A stretch of 64,000 nucleotides of DNA from a bacterium BMS3Bbin03. Its GTDB lineage: Bacteria; Zhuqueibacterota; JdFR-76; BMS3Abin05. Location: positions 138,418 to 202,417 of the forward strand of contig BDTM01000128.1 of the NCBI GenBank assembly GCA_002898015.1, written 5' to 3'. Each line of letters starts with the position of its first letter. Position 1 is the stretch's first letter. Under the pieces are notes generated by a model. That model was not told the DNA's origin and did not search any database. It saw only the letters and a list, made by a program, of their open reading frames with translations. Shown piece by piece: positions 1 through 10,764 of the stretch. The position numbers were made by a program, and so were the translations under genes.

Positions 1-947
1 GTTCTCGTTCATTAGCCCGGAATTACAATCCCGGATACAGTCCGGCAACAATCCGAAATGTGATGATGAATCTGGAGGAGAAGGGTTTTCTCCAGCAGCC
101 GCATGTTTCAGCCGGGCGTGTGCCGACAAATCTCGGCTACCGGTTTTATGTGGACAGTTTGATGAAACCGGAGCGCCTGACGTCCCGGGAAAAGAAAATT
201 ATTTTTGAAGATTTAAATATCGTGAATGCCGACATGAATCGCATTCTCGAACGCGCATCCAAACTGCTGGCAAAGATTTCGAAGCAATTGGGAGTTGTCC
301 TGATTCCCCATTTTTACGCTGGAATCTTTGAAAAATTAGAACTCGTTCCGATTTCCGGAAACCGAACGTTAATGGTTTTAAAGCTCAGTTCGGGTCTGGT
401 AAAAACCATCATGATGACATTAGACTTTCAAATTTCCCGGGAAAAGCTTAATACAACGGCAAGAATTCTCAACCAGCGTTTGTGCGGACTAAAATTGGGC
501 GAAATTAAACAAACGATCGACCAGCGTCTGCGGAACATTTCCGGCGGAAGGGGGAACATGATTCAATTTTTCATCAAGCAGGCGGATGAATTGTTCAATT
601 TTGATGCATGGGAGAATGTGTATTATGGGGGCGCCCAAAACATCGTGCATCAACCGGAATTTACCAGCCGGCGCAGTCTTGAATCGTTGATGACATTGTT
701 GGACAATCGGCGCAATATTGCCCAATCGTTGACGAAATTGGCAGATGAGAGAAAAATTGTCGTTAAAATTGGCGACGAGAATAAGGATCTGAATATTCAG
801 CAGTGCAGCCTTGTGACGTCCTCTTACTACGTGGGTAACGTCCGAGGTATTCTGGGAATCATTGGGCCGACCCGCATGCAATATTCAAAGATCATTCCGG
901 TTGTGGATTATATATCCCAGGTATTGAGCCGTGTTTTAACCAATTAG
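1..947 (+). CDS. hrcA: Heat-inducible transcription repressor HrcA, 5'-truncated by window edge
   Basis: The reading frame is open from position 3 to the left edge. Translation SPATIRNVMMNLEEKGFLQQPHVSAGRVPT matches the conserved HrcA N-terminal region (AGRVPT motif). It is followed by grpE and dnaJ, the classic operon context. Confidence 0.85.
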   Translation, partial: SRSLARNYNPGYSPATIRNVMMNLEEKGFLQQPHVSAGRVPTNLGYRFYVDSLMKPERLTSREKKIIFEDLNIVNADMNRILERASKLLAKISKQLGVVLIPHFYAGIFEKLELVPISGNRTLMVLKLSSGLVKTIMMTLDFQISREKLNTTARILNQRLCGLKLGEIKQTIDQRLRNISGGRGNMIQFFIKQADELFNFDAWENVYYGGAQNIVHQPEFTSRRSLESLMTLLDNRRNIAQSLTKLADERKIVVKIGDENKDLNIQQCSLVTSSYYVGNVRGILGIIGPTRMQYSKIIPVVDYISQVLSRVLTN

Positions 948-954
948 GGGAATA

Positions 955-1482
955 ATGGAAGCCAAAAGAGAAAAAATAACGGCGGCAAAAAAAGCAAAAA
1001 AGCCCGGACGCCCGTCCAAAACAAAAGTACTTGAAGAAAAAATTGTAAAGTTGGAAAAGGAGCGGGATGCCGTAAAGGAACAATTGCTGCGTTTGGCCGC
1101 AGAATTTGAAAATTATAAAAAAATAACATCGCGTAATATTGAGAATCGCGTAAAAACGGCAAATGAAGATTTGCTTTTGAATTTGCTGCCGATTCTGGAT
1201 GATCTGGAACGTTCGCTGGAAGCCGGAAAAAAATCGCGCCGATTTAAAACCCTTTATGAGGGTATCGAGTTAATTTACAATAATTTTAAGACCTTGTTGG
1301 AAAAATATGGTGTCGAGCCGATAGAATCCGTCGGTCAGCCCTTTAATGTCGATGTGCATGAGGCTCTGCTGATGGTTGAAAATGACGAATATCCCTCTAA
1401 CGTGGTGCTTCAAGAACATCAAAAAGGCTATCGCTTAAAAGGGAAAGTCATTCGTCACGCGAAAGTCGTGGTGACCAAATAA
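955..1482 (+). CDS. grpE: Nucleotide exchange factor GrpE
   Basis: 175 aa with N-terminal coiled coil and C-terminal LLPILDDLERSLEA...YEGIELIY, characteristic of GrpE. Lies between hrcA and dnaJ. Confidence 0.85.
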   Translation: MEAKREKITAAKKAKKPGRPSKTKVLEEKIVKLEKERDAVKEQLLRLAAEFENYKKITSRNIENRVKTANEDLLLNLLPILDDLERSLEAGKKSRRFKTLYEGIELIYNNFKTLLEKYGVEPIESVGQPFNVDVHEALLMVENDEYPSNVVLQEHQKGYRLKGKVIRHAKVVVTK

Positions 1483-1562
1483 GAGGTTCTGCAGCGGAGC
1501 TGGCTTTTCCTAAAAGTGAGAACCGCTTTTTTGCAGTTGATTCTTTGATTTTAGTTATATAA

Positions 1563-2708
<1,146 letters not shown>

Positions 2709-2792
2709 CAGGCGGGCAGACCCATAAAAAAATCTCCCAAAAATCTGGACTATTTTAAATTTACCGGGAATGAACTCAAAGTTCTTGTTCTT

Positions 2793-3152
2793 TTGATAAT
2801 TTTATTTCTAACTGTCGGCGGCTTTCAATTTTACCAAAAGTGGAAATTCAAACACCGGCCGGTGTCACCGGAAATTCTGGCGTTTGAAAAACAATATTTA
2901 CAGGCTGTTCAGAATGAGAAAAAGCGGCTTTCGGTGCACGCCCCCAAACGAATTTCAAGCGGAATGCGTATCGATTTAAACAAGGCCGCAAAAGAACAAC
3001 TGATTCTATTGCCCGGAATTGGGATCAAAACGGCGGAGAGGATTATTTCGTTTAGAGAGACACACGGATCATTCAGAAACAAAAAAGAATTAATGAAAAT
3101 TAAGGGGATCGGAAAGAAAAAATTTGAGGCACTTTTGCCGTATTTAAAATAG
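2793..3152 (+). CDS. comEA: ComEA-like helix-hairpin-helix DNA-binding protein (competence DNA receptor family)
   Basis: TTG start, N-terminal TM helix, and C-terminal tandem HhH motif: LNKAAKEQLILLPGIGIKTAERIISFRETHGSFRNKKELMKIKGIGKKKFEALLPYL. Confidence 0.7.
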   Translation: MIILFLTVGGFQFYQKWKFKHRPVSPEILAFEKQYLQAVQNEKKRLSVHAPKRISSGMRIDLNKAAKEQLILLPGIGIKTAERIISFRETHGSFRNKKELMKIKGIGKKKFEALLPYLK

Positions 3153-3226
3153 GCAGGTGCCTAAAGAGGCCGGTTGAAGATTGAAAAGATTTACCGCAGC
3201 GGAAATTAGTTTAGACAGGAGGAAAA

Positions 3227-3877
3227 ATGCCAGTTTCAACATCAAGACCCAAGCCCAAAGGCTCGATTGTTTATGAAATTGTGATTGTTATTTTAGTGAT
3301 AATTTTAGTGTTCACGATCTGGTATCCGAAGAAGGTTTGGCAGCAATTAAACAAGGATGAAATGTTGTGCAGAGACCGTATGCAGCGCGTGTACGATGCT
3401 GAAGTTTTGTATAATTACAAATACGGCACCTATTCCGATACACTCGATTCCGTCATGAAATATGTCAAAACCGACAAAATTTTTACCACAGACACGGTTA
3501 TGGCCGCTCTTCGGGACACCTTTTATATAAAAATTTACCGTGATTATTTGCGGGATTACGCAAACATGCACACCTTAAAAGCTTCCGATTCCGCATTTAA
3601 AGTCGTTTCCGACACCACAGACACAGCAAAATTTAAAACCATCTACGCTATGTTGGATTCAATTACGCATGGTCCAACGGTATTACGCCCCTATAAAATA
3701 ACGGTCGTGGATACTTCTGCAGCCAAAGGGCTTATTATCCAATGCCCGATTGACAGCGTAGACATGGCAAAGCAAAACTCAAAATTCTTTTTCCATGTTC
3801 TTGCAGGTGGCCGTTTACAAAATCACGGCAAAATTGTAAACGGAGAACCAAGCTGGATTCAGATAAAACGAAGATAG
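3227..3877 (+). CDS. Putative type IV prepilin-like protein
   Basis: AGGAGG RBS. Basic leader MPVSTSRPKPKG followed by SIVYEIVIVILVIILVF: Gly at -1, Glu at +5, and a 20-aa hydrophobic helix, the prepilin peptidase substrate pattern. The +1 residue is Ser rather than Phe. It precedes PilM/PilN-like genes. Confidence 0.4.
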   Translation: MPVSTSRPKPKGSIVYEIVIVILVIILVFTIWYPKKVWQQLNKDEMLCRDRMQRVYDAEVLYNYKYGTYSDTLDSVMKYVKTDKIFTTDTVMAALRDTFYIKIYRDYLRDYANMHTLKASDSAFKVVSDTTDTAKFKTIYAMLDSITHGPTVLRPYKITVVDTSAAKGLIIQCPIDSVDMAKQNSKFFFHVLAGGRLQNHGKIVNGEPSWIQIKRR

Positions 3878-3952
3878 GAGCAGGCCTAATCGTCCTGTTC
3901 TTGTCTAATCTGTTTGAGTACAAAAAATACATGACGCCGAAAGGGAGCATTT

Positions 3953-4894
3953 ATGGGTGAATCCGCGGTTGGGGCAGTCTTTTTAGAAGATATTCTTCAG
4001 CTTGTGCAAATTGCAAGGAAAGAAGATGGCGGCTGGAAACTCGAAAAATTTGTACAAGAAAAATTTCCGCACAAATTCCGATTGTTGACGCTGAGTGACG
4101 ACGCTCGTTTTGGTGATTTGAAGGAGATGGTTCAGGGCGTTTTAGGCAGAGATTCCTGGGCAGAAAATACCAGTGTGGCCATCGACCACGAGCTGCTGTT
4201 TGTCAAAGAGACTTCCGTGGACCCGGGTTTACCGGAGGATGAGAAAAAAAAGCAGATTTTGTGGGAATCTCAACAATTTCTTCCCGAAAACCTGAGTGGA
4301 GATTACAAAGTTTCATTCGCCGGAATCAATGCGGACGACACTTTCGTTGTTCTGGTTCTCTTTCGGAAATTGGTGCTTGAACGCATTCAGCAAATTTTAC
4401 AGGGTGCCGGCAAAACGTTCGGTTTTATGGATGTGGATACCTTTTCCGCGATGACCGCCATTGAAAAATTGTTTGATCCCAAAGGCCGCCTCGTGGGTTT
4501 GGCAGATGTTCGCAAAAAAGCCGTGCAGTTAACATTTTTAAAAGACGGAAATTATTTCAGATCACGGGAAGTGAAATTCGCCGATTCTGAAGAAGATGTT
4601 TTTGAATCCGATCAAAATCTTGCAAATTTGTTGAATAAGGAGATCAATCGGCTGCTCCTTGATGCGGAAATACATGAATCCGATTCACCCGTGTCGCAAC
4701 TGTATGTTTTTGGAGAGAGAGCCGCTTCGGAACTGGTTTCGGCTCTGGAGGGCGGCCCTTCGTTAGAAGTAAAGTTGGCAGATCCTTTTAAATCCATTAA
4801 AATTGAAGAGGATTTACAATCCGCCGTAGATAAAATTGAAAATCCTGCCAATTGGTTGATTGGGTTTGGTGCGGCGCTGCAGTTGCTCGGTTAG
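3953..4894 (+). CDS. Hypothetical protein, possible PilM-like (actin-like ATPase fold) pilus assembly protein
   Basis: 313 aa, no TM. The C-terminal QLYVFGERAASELVSALEGGPSLEVKLADPF resembles the PilM/FtsA C-terminal GG-containing region. Sits between the pilin-like and PilN-like genes. Assignment is tentative. Confidence 0.3.
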   Translation: MGESAVGAVFLEDILQLVQIARKEDGGWKLEKFVQEKFPHKFRLLTLSDDARFGDLKEMVQGVLGRDSWAENTSVAIDHELLFVKETSVDPGLPEDEKKKQILWESQQFLPENLSGDYKVSFAGINADDTFVVLVLFRKLVLERIQQILQGAGKTFGFMDVDTFSAMTAIEKLFDPKGRLVGLADVRKKAVQLTFLKDGNYFRSREVKFADSEEDVFESDQNLANLLNKEINRLLLDAEIHESDSPVSQLYVFGERAASELVSALEGGPSLEVKLADPFKSIKIEEDLQSAVDKIENPANWLIGFGAALQLLG

Positions 4895-4930
4895 GGGCAA
4901 AAAAAACTCTTCATCATTGGAGGAAATGAT

Positions 4931-5992
4931 GTGTTAAAAATTAATTTATTAGAAGCAGAGGACATTCTTTCTCGGGCAGAGAAACAGGAGATAAAGGAGT
5001 CGGAATTCTTAACTGCCGAAGGTCTTGGTCCCCCGGAAGAACAAAAACCTCCGATTTCAGAAGAAGTGCCGGAAGCGAAACCCGAAAAAGAGACACTGAT
5101 TCCGGAGACGGCCGAAAAACCGGCACCGCCCGAATTTACATTTCCGACAAAGAGCAAATTCCCGGTCATTCCCATTTTGATCGTTCTGTTTGTCGTGATT
5201 ATTGCCGGCGGCTACTATCTTTTTTTGGGTAAAGAGAAGGGCAAATCAACACCCCCAAAGGCGGCAAGTACGATATCAGAGGCCGGAAAAGCCACGCCTG
5301 AAGGTCAAAAACCGGCGGCACAGAAGCCCGCCGGAACAACGTTAAAGACGACAGCGTCAAAAAGCACACCGGCCGCACCTTCGGCAGTGACATTGCCCGC
5401 GGGCCTTGCCGGCCAGAGAAGAGCGGGACAGACGGCGGTCAATTTTTTTGGAAAAATTCTGTCTTCTCTTCCGGCGGGCACAAAAATTGCCTTTTTAAGT
5501 TTTGATTCCGGCTCATTTACGCTTGAACTATTTTCAAATACGGCGCAGAAGTTTGACAAATTTTTGAAAAATGCCAGGGCAAATGAACCTTCGTTAACCT
5601 ACAAAATCGTCACGAATGATAAGACTTTTTACAAGGGGGCTGTCCGGAATCATATGATCCTGAACGGCCAAATTACATCTTCCGGTACCGGCGTGGCATC
5701 GGGCACTATTCTGACTGCCGGTCAGGTTCGAAAATCCGTAAATCGGCTTGCCAGGGCGGATAAAGTCCGAATCCGCCAGATACAGCAGGTTCGGCCGATA
5801 AAAGATGCCGCCGGCAAGCGGATTCCGATAACCATCAAAATAACGGCCAGGCAGAAAAATACGCTGAAATTTATTTCGGATTTGCTGAATAATTATCAAA
5901 ATATCGGGGCTTCCCGCCTGCTTATCAGCGCGTCCAGAACCCGTGCTTCTGAATTGAATGCGGTTCTGAATCTAAATCTTTTTGTTGAATGA
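4931..5992 (+). CDS. Hypothetical membrane protein, possible PilN/PilO-like
   Basis: GTG start with a GGAGGA RBS. The N-terminal MLKINLLE resembles the PilN INLLP signature. A single TM helix (FPVIPILIVLFVVIIAGGYYLFLG) is followed by a Pro/Ala/Thr-rich linker and a C-terminal globular domain. Confidence 0.3.
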   Translation: MLKINLLEAEDILSRAEKQEIKESEFLTAEGLGPPEEQKPPISEEVPEAKPEKETLIPETAEKPAPPEFTFPTKSKFPVIPILIVLFVVIIAGGYYLFLGKEKGKSTPPKAASTISEAGKATPEGQKPAAQKPAGTTLKTTASKSTPAAPSAVTLPAGLAGQRRAGQTAVNFFGKILSSLPAGTKIAFLSFDSGSFTLELFSNTAQKFDKFLKNARANEPSLTYKIVTNDKTFYKGAVRNHMILNGQITSSGTGVASGTILTAGQVRKSVNRLARADKVRIRQIQQVRPIKDAAGKRIPITIKITARQKNTLKFISDLLNNYQNIGASRLLISASRTRASELNAVLNLNLFVE

Positions 5993-5998
5993 TCTGAG

Positions 5999-6556
5999 AT
6001 GCGCGTCATTGCCGGGCGATGGGGCGGCATTCGCCTGACGTTCCATGCACAAAAGGGGGTGCGTCCGACCACCGACCGGGTGAAAGAAACGCTCTTCAAT
6101 ATTCTGTCGGATCGGGTTGAGGGAGCGCAGGTGTTAGACCTTTTTGCCGGAACGGGATCCTGGGGGATTGAAGCGTTGAGCCGGGGGGCAAAATTTGTGG
6201 TTTTTGTAGAAAAATCACAGCGGATGGTTGAGAATATTCGAGAAAATTTGCAAAGCGTACGGTGCACCGAAAACTTTAAAATTGTGATTCAGGATGTTCA
6301 CCGGTTTTTAAAAAAGTGTCATTGTTCGGAGGCTCCATTTGATCTGATTTTTGCCGATCCACCCTACTCTTTGAAGCTGGGAGACACATTAGTCAGAGCC
6401 CTTTCACAGCAGGATTTTTTAAAGCGAAGGGGCATTTTTATTTTAAAACACGGCTCGGGTGAAGAAATTTCAGATACCGAAAGTTTGAAGCGCACCCGCA
6501 TTAAGAAAATGGGCGAGACCCAATTGTCATTTTTCAGGTTTGAAAAAAAAGGATAA
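5999..6556 (+). CDS. rsmD: 16S rRNA (guanine966-N2)-methyltransferase RsmD
   Basis: 185 aa with DLFAGTGSWGIEALSRGA (SAM-binding motif) and FADPPY (N6-adenine/N2-guanine methyltransferase motif). The conserved rsmD-coaD adjacency is present. Confidence 0.8.
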   Translation: MRVIAGRWGGIRLTFHAQKGVRPTTDRVKETLFNILSDRVEGAQVLDLFAGTGSWGIEALSRGAKFVVFVEKSQRMVENIRENLQSVRCTENFKIVIQDVHRFLKKCHCSEAPFDLIFADPPYSLKLGDTLVRALSQQDFLKRRGIFILKHGSGEEISDTESLKRTRIKKMGETQLSFFRFEKKG

Positions 6557-6559
6557 ACG

Positions 6560-7048
6560 ATGAAAATTGCTATTTATCCGGGCACATTTGATCCCATTAC
6601 GCACGGGCACATTGATGTTGTTGAACGAGCCGTGACTCTTTTTGATCGGGTGGTGATCACGATTGCCATAAATGCCGTAAAAAAACCGCTGTTTTCCGTC
6701 AAAGAGCGGCAAGAGATGATTGCGGAATCAACAAAGCATTTGCAGAATATTGAGGTGGATGCCTTCGAGGGCTTGTTGATGGAATATGCAAAAAGGAAAA
6801 ACGCCGTGGCCGTGATTCGCGGATTGCGCGCGATTTCGGATTTTGAGTATGAATTACAGATGGCTCTCATGAATCGAAAATTAGCGGAAGAGGTGGTCAC
6901 AGTCTTTTTAATGCCCAATGTCAAATATACCTATTTAAATTCCACGATTGTGAAAGAGGTCGCCGGTTTCGGCGGAGATGTTTCCGGTCTTGTTCCGGAA
7001 AGTGTTGAGAAACGGCTGCAGAAGAAATTCCGGAAAAACGGAATTTAA
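6560..7048 (+). CDS. coaD: Phosphopantetheine adenylyltransferase
   Basis: MKIAIYPGTFDPITHGHIDVVERA is the canonical CoaD N-terminus (HxGH nucleotidyltransferase motif); 162 aa. Confidence 0.9.
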   Translation: MKIAIYPGTFDPITHGHIDVVERAVTLFDRVVITIAINAVKKPLFSVKERQEMIAESTKHLQNIEVDAFEGLLMEYAKRKNAVAVIRGLRAISDFEYELQMALMNRKLAEEVVTVFLMPNVKYTYLNSTIVKEVAGFGGDVSGLVPESVEKRLQKKFRKNGI

Positions 7049-7135
7049 TCCGCTGCGGACGGCCCTGGCGGATCCCAATTCTTTTTCGAGTGATGAAAAG
7101 AACTAAATCTACACCAATCAAAAAACGGAGCGAAA

Positions 7136-8116
7136 ATGGACTTTATTCAATCGATTCAAGATAAAGCAAGAAACCGGAAGCGGACGGTGGTACTTCCGGA
7201 AGGCACCGAAGACCGGATGATTCGGGCAGCGGCGATTATTCGGGAAAAAAGAATCGCCGATTTAATTCTTTTGGCTGATGAAAATGAAATTCGCGGGAAG
7301 GCGAAAAAATTGGGGGTTGATTTGGAGGGTGTGACGATCCTTGATCCCGAGAAAAGCCCCGACTTCGACTCGTACGCGGAAACCTATTACGAGCTGCGGA
7401 AAGAGAAGGGCATGACGCCGGAGCAAGCCCGCGAAGTCATGAAAAACCCGTTATTCTTCGGAGCCATGCTGGTGAGAAAACATATTGCCGACGGCAGTGT
7501 GGCCGGCTCCGTCAACACAACCGGAAACGTGCTGCGGGCGGCGCTGCACATTATCGGACTGGCGCCGGGCATTTCCGTCGTGTCGGGCGCGTTCGCAATG
7601 GTCGTTCCCGGCTGGGAGCGCGTATTTACGTTTGCCGACAGTGCCGTCGTTCCCGACCCGACTCCGGAGCAGTTGGCGGCGATTGCCCGGAGTTCGGCGC
7701 AAACCCATCAAAACCTGACCGGCGAAGAACCCATTGTGGCGATGCTCTCATTCTCCACAAAGGGAAGTGCGGCGCACCCGCGCGTGGACAAGGTGCTGGA
7801 AGCCTTAAAGCTGGCGAAAGAGGCCGATCCCGCGCTGAAAATTGACGGCGAACTTCAGGTGGATGCGGCCATTGTGCCGGAAATCGGCACCCGTAAAGCA
7901 CCGGGCTCCGATGTGGCCGGGAAAGCCAATGTGCTGATTTTCCCGGACCTGGATTCCGGGAATATTGCGTACAAATTGGTAAACCGTTTCGCAAAAGCCG
8001 AAGCGATTGGCCCGATTATTCAGGGGCTCAACCAGCCGGCAAATGATTTGTCGCGCGGCTGCAGCGTGGAAGATATAGTGAATGTTGTGGCTATTTGTTC
8101 ATTAAAGGCAAAATAG
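7136..8116 (+). CDS. pta: Phosphate acetyltransferase (short Pta form)
   Basis: 326 aa, collinear with the Pta catalytic domain: VVLPEGTEDRMIRAA, GSVNTTGN, PDPTPEQLAAIA, FPDLDSGNIAYK, SRGCSVEDIVN. The central portion is about 60% GC. Confidence 0.85.
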   Translation: MDFIQSIQDKARNRKRTVVLPEGTEDRMIRAAAIIREKRIADLILLADENEIRGKAKKLGVDLEGVTILDPEKSPDFDSYAETYYELRKEKGMTPEQAREVMKNPLFFGAMLVRKHIADGSVAGSVNTTGNVLRAALHIIGLAPGISVVSGAFAMVVPGWERVFTFADSAVVPDPTPEQLAAIARSSAQTHQNLTGEEPIVAMLSFSTKGSAAHPRVDKVLEALKLAKEADPALKIDGELQVDAAIVPEIGTRKAPGSDVAGKANVLIFPDLDSGNIAYKLVNRFAKAEAIGPIIQGLNQPANDLSRGCSVEDIVNVVAICSLKAK

Positions 8117-8131
8117 ACGACAGGAGCCTCT

Positions 8132-9328
8132 ATGCATCTTGCGGACCGGGTCGATAGAATTCAAAGCTCAAAAACAGTTTCAATTACGAATACCGTTCTT
8201 AAAATGAAACAGGAGGGATATGACGTTATCTCTCTGGGAGCGGGTGAGCCGGATTTTGAAACGCCTGATTTTATTAAAAAAGCGGCGATTGAAGCCATTC
8301 AAACCGGAAAGACCAAATATACCCAGGTGATGGGAATTCCCGAACTCCGAAAAGCGATTGTTGAGAAATTTAAGCGCGACAACGATCTCGACTACGGCAT
8401 CGACCGGGTGGTGGTGACAACAGGCGGAAAACAGGCGCTCTTCAATGCGGTGCTTGCAATCTGCCAGGAGGGGGACGAAGTGCTTGTCCCTTCTCCTTTC
8501 TGGGTTAGCTATCCGGAACAAATTCAAATGGCCGGTGCGACCCTGGTGCCGGTAAAGGCGCTGCCGGAAAACGGGTTCAAAATAGACCCGGAAGATTTGA
8601 AAGCGGCAATAACGCCTCGCACCAAACTGGTCATTTTTAACAATCCGGTCAATCCCACCGGGGCGGTTTATGACTTTCAGACCCTCGAACAGATTGCAAA
8701 AATAGTAGCGGAAGCACACATATGGGCGCTCACCGATGAAATTTATGAAAAGATTGTGTTTGATGGCGTCCGGCACTATTCATTGGCCGCCTTTCCGGAA
8801 ATCAAGGAACAGGTCGTTGTGGTCAATGGCGTTTCCAAGGCGTTCGCGATGACGGGCTGGAGGATTGGTTTTGCGGCGGGCTCCAAAGAAGTAATTTCGG
8901 CCATGAACAAAATCCAGGGGCACAGCACCTCGAATGCCAACACAATGGCCCAGTGGGCGAGCGTGGCCGCTTTAAACAGCGATTGGCAGAATCTGCAATG
9001 GATGGTTGATGAATTTGAAAAAAGACGAAATTTTGTGGTCGAACGGCTTTCGGCCATGCCGGACGTCGCGAGTGTAAAACCGGCCGGCACGTTTTATATT
9101 TTTCCAAAAGTTTCTTCCTATTTCGGAAAAAAGTATGGAAAATATGAAATTAGAGATTCGCTTTCATTTTGTCAATTTTTATTGGAAGAAGAAAAGGTGG
9201 CTCTTATTCCCGGAGAGGCGTTCGGCGCAGATGAATTTGTTCGGATTTCTTTTGCCGCCTCCTTTGCCGATCTTGAGAAAGGGATGAACCGGATCGGGCA
9301 GGGACTTACAAAATTGTACTCTCTTTGA
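8132..9328 (+). CDS. aspC: Class I aminotransferase (aspartate aminotransferase-like)
   Basis: 398 aa. FNNPVNPTGAVY and SKAFAMTGWRIG carry the PLP-lysine in the family-typical context. Confidence 0.8.
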   Translation: MHLADRVDRIQSSKTVSITNTVLKMKQEGYDVISLGAGEPDFETPDFIKKAAIEAIQTGKTKYTQVMGIPELRKAIVEKFKRDNDLDYGIDRVVVTTGGKQALFNAVLAICQEGDEVLVPSPFWVSYPEQIQMAGATLVPVKALPENGFKIDPEDLKAAITPRTKLVIFNNPVNPTGAVYDFQTLEQIAKIVAEAHIWALTDEIYEKIVFDGVRHYSLAAFPEIKEQVVVVNGVSKAFAMTGWRIGFAAGSKEVISAMNKIQGHSTSNANTMAQWASVAALNSDWQNLQWMVDEFEKRRNFVVERLSAMPDVASVKPAGTFYIFPKVSSYFGKKYGKYEIRDSLSFCQFLLEEEKVALIPGEAFGADEFVRISFAASFADLEKGMNRIGQGLTKLYSL

Positions 9329-9484
9329 AAACGATTAAGGGCGTGGGATAAAACAGGTTGTTCCTATTAATTTTGTAACGAATTGATTTTTAAGGGCAAA
9401 TGGAATCCCAGGGTCCAAGTGATTTAATCCCACCCCCTAAAGGGAACGAATTGATAAGTCGATAATAATTAGAGTTCAATTCGT

Positions 9485-9513
9485 TTGTAGTTATGGAACA
9501 ATATTTGTATAAA
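9485..9513 (+). promoter_or_regulatory. Candidate sigma70-type promoter (TTGTAG-17-TATAAA) for the TPR gene. Its -35 element overlaps the right arm of a 10-bp inverted repeat (9445-9454 / 9476-9485).
   Basis: Read directly: TTGTAG, then a 17-nt spacer, then TATAAA, about 110 nt upstream of the start at 9621. The inverted repeat is AACGAATTGA ... TCAATTCGTT. Confidence 0.3.
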
Positions 9514-9620
9514 ATTGTAGAAAAATCCTGAATCCGGCAAAAAGTGATCAGATTTTTCCTGATTTTGTTCCCCCGTGAATCATTTTGAAACAGCCAGGAA
9601 AAATGGGCTGAGGAGAGTAC

Positions 9621-10751
9621 ATGATGGATGCTTTGGGACTTAATGAAACACTGCTGTTAGGGTCTCGAAAGTTTTATTTTGAAACAAATTATCTGGAGGA
9701 AGAAAATCGAGTCGTTGCCCACAGCTTTGAAGACGGCGTTGCCCTTGATTCCAGGGAGCGGCGGCTTTCACCGGATGCGGACGAAAAAGACATTCAAAAT
9801 ACCGTTAAGGTGCTGCAGCGCGAAAGCATTCGGGAAATCGAGGTTCTTTTCTATATTCAGAAAAAAGTGTGGCGAAAGCGGCATGCGCTTTCTTATAATA
9901 AACTGGGCGTTATTTTCCTGAAGAAAAACTTAATCAAAGATGCACAGAAAAATCTTCAGGAAGCCATTGCGATTGATGAGAATTTTATTGATGCGCATAA
10001 AAATTTGGCCGTCTGTTTTATTCACAGTCAACAATTCGACCGGGCATTAAAGGTTCTTGAAAAAGCCATTGAAAAAAGACCGGATCTTCCGGATTTATAC
10101 AATTACAAAGGAGTGGCGCTTTTAGGAGAAAAGAATTTCATCGATTCCGTTCAGGCCTTTGAAAAAGCACTTTCGTTAAATGAAAATTTTTCGCTGGCCC
10201 ATTTAAATTTGGGGCTGGCCTATTTAACCGGGTTGGTTGAGTCACCTGTTCATCCGCAATTGCTGCCTCTGGAAGAACGTCAAAAGAAGAGTATCGAACA
10301 CTTAAGGATCGCATTTGAATTAAAAAAAGAGTTACAAACGCCTGAATATTCTGCGATTGTTCAAAAAGTGGAAAATTCTCAATTCCGGGAAGCGCTGGAT
10401 GAATTGCTCGAAATTCACAAAAACGTGGCGTTTTCGCTAAATTCTGTTTTGGAGAACGAGTTTTATCTGAATTTTATGTTCGGGGGAAAGAGTAAAGATG
10501 AAGGGGCCGTTGCGAATTACATCGAGGGGCTGAAAGAAGAAATCGCGCTTCACCCCCGGTACCCGGATTTGTACAACCATTTAGGCGTGGCGTATTTGAT
10601 CCAGTGCCGCAATTTGTTTTTGCGCGCCCTGGGTGAATTTCGGCGGGCGATTAAATTGAATCCGGAATACAAACAGGCCCGGAAGAATTTAAAATTGGCG
10701 GAAAATGAGGGGAAAGGGCTTTTAATCTTGTTGAGGGCATTGTTGAAATAA
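9621..10751 (+). CDS. Tetratricopeptide repeat protein
   Basis: 376 aa with multiple 34-residue TPR-like repeats (AIAIDENFIDAHKNLAVCF..., ALSLNENFSLAHLNLGLAY..., AIKLNPEYKQARKNLKLA). Confidence 0.7.
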   Translation: MMDALGLNETLLLGSRKFYFETNYLEEENRVVAHSFEDGVALDSRERRLSPDADEKDIQNTVKVLQRESIREIEVLFYIQKKVWRKRHALSYNKLGVIFLKKNLIKDAQKNLQEAIAIDENFIDAHKNLAVCFIHSQQFDRALKVLEKAIEKRPDLPDLYNYKGVALLGEKNFIDSVQAFEKALSLNENFSLAHLNLGLAYLTGLVESPVHPQLLPLEERQKKSIEHLRIAFELKKELQTPEYSAIVQKVENSQFREALDELLEIHKNVAFSLNSVLENEFYLNFMFGGKSKDEGAVANYIEGLKEEIALHPRYPDLYNHLGVAYLIQCRNLFLRALGEFRRAIKLNPEYKQARKNLKLAENEGKGLLILLRALLK

Positions 10752-10764
10752 TGTAAAGGTTACC

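Noticed and set aside
1483-1545. Possible terminator between grpE and dnaJ (GGTTCT...AGAACC followed by a T-run), and a search for a CIRCE element there.
   Set aside because: The inverted repeat is short with a 38-nt loop, so any terminator would be weak or leaky. No sequence resembling TTAGCACTC-N9-GAGTGCTAA is present, so CIRCE is not in this gap.
7387-7994. Four overlapping ORF-track entries inside and antisense to pta (61-122 aa).
   Set aside because: They lie entirely within a well-supported pta coding region, in a 60% GC stretch where stop codons are rare. They have no RBS and Arg/Pro-rich nonsense composition.
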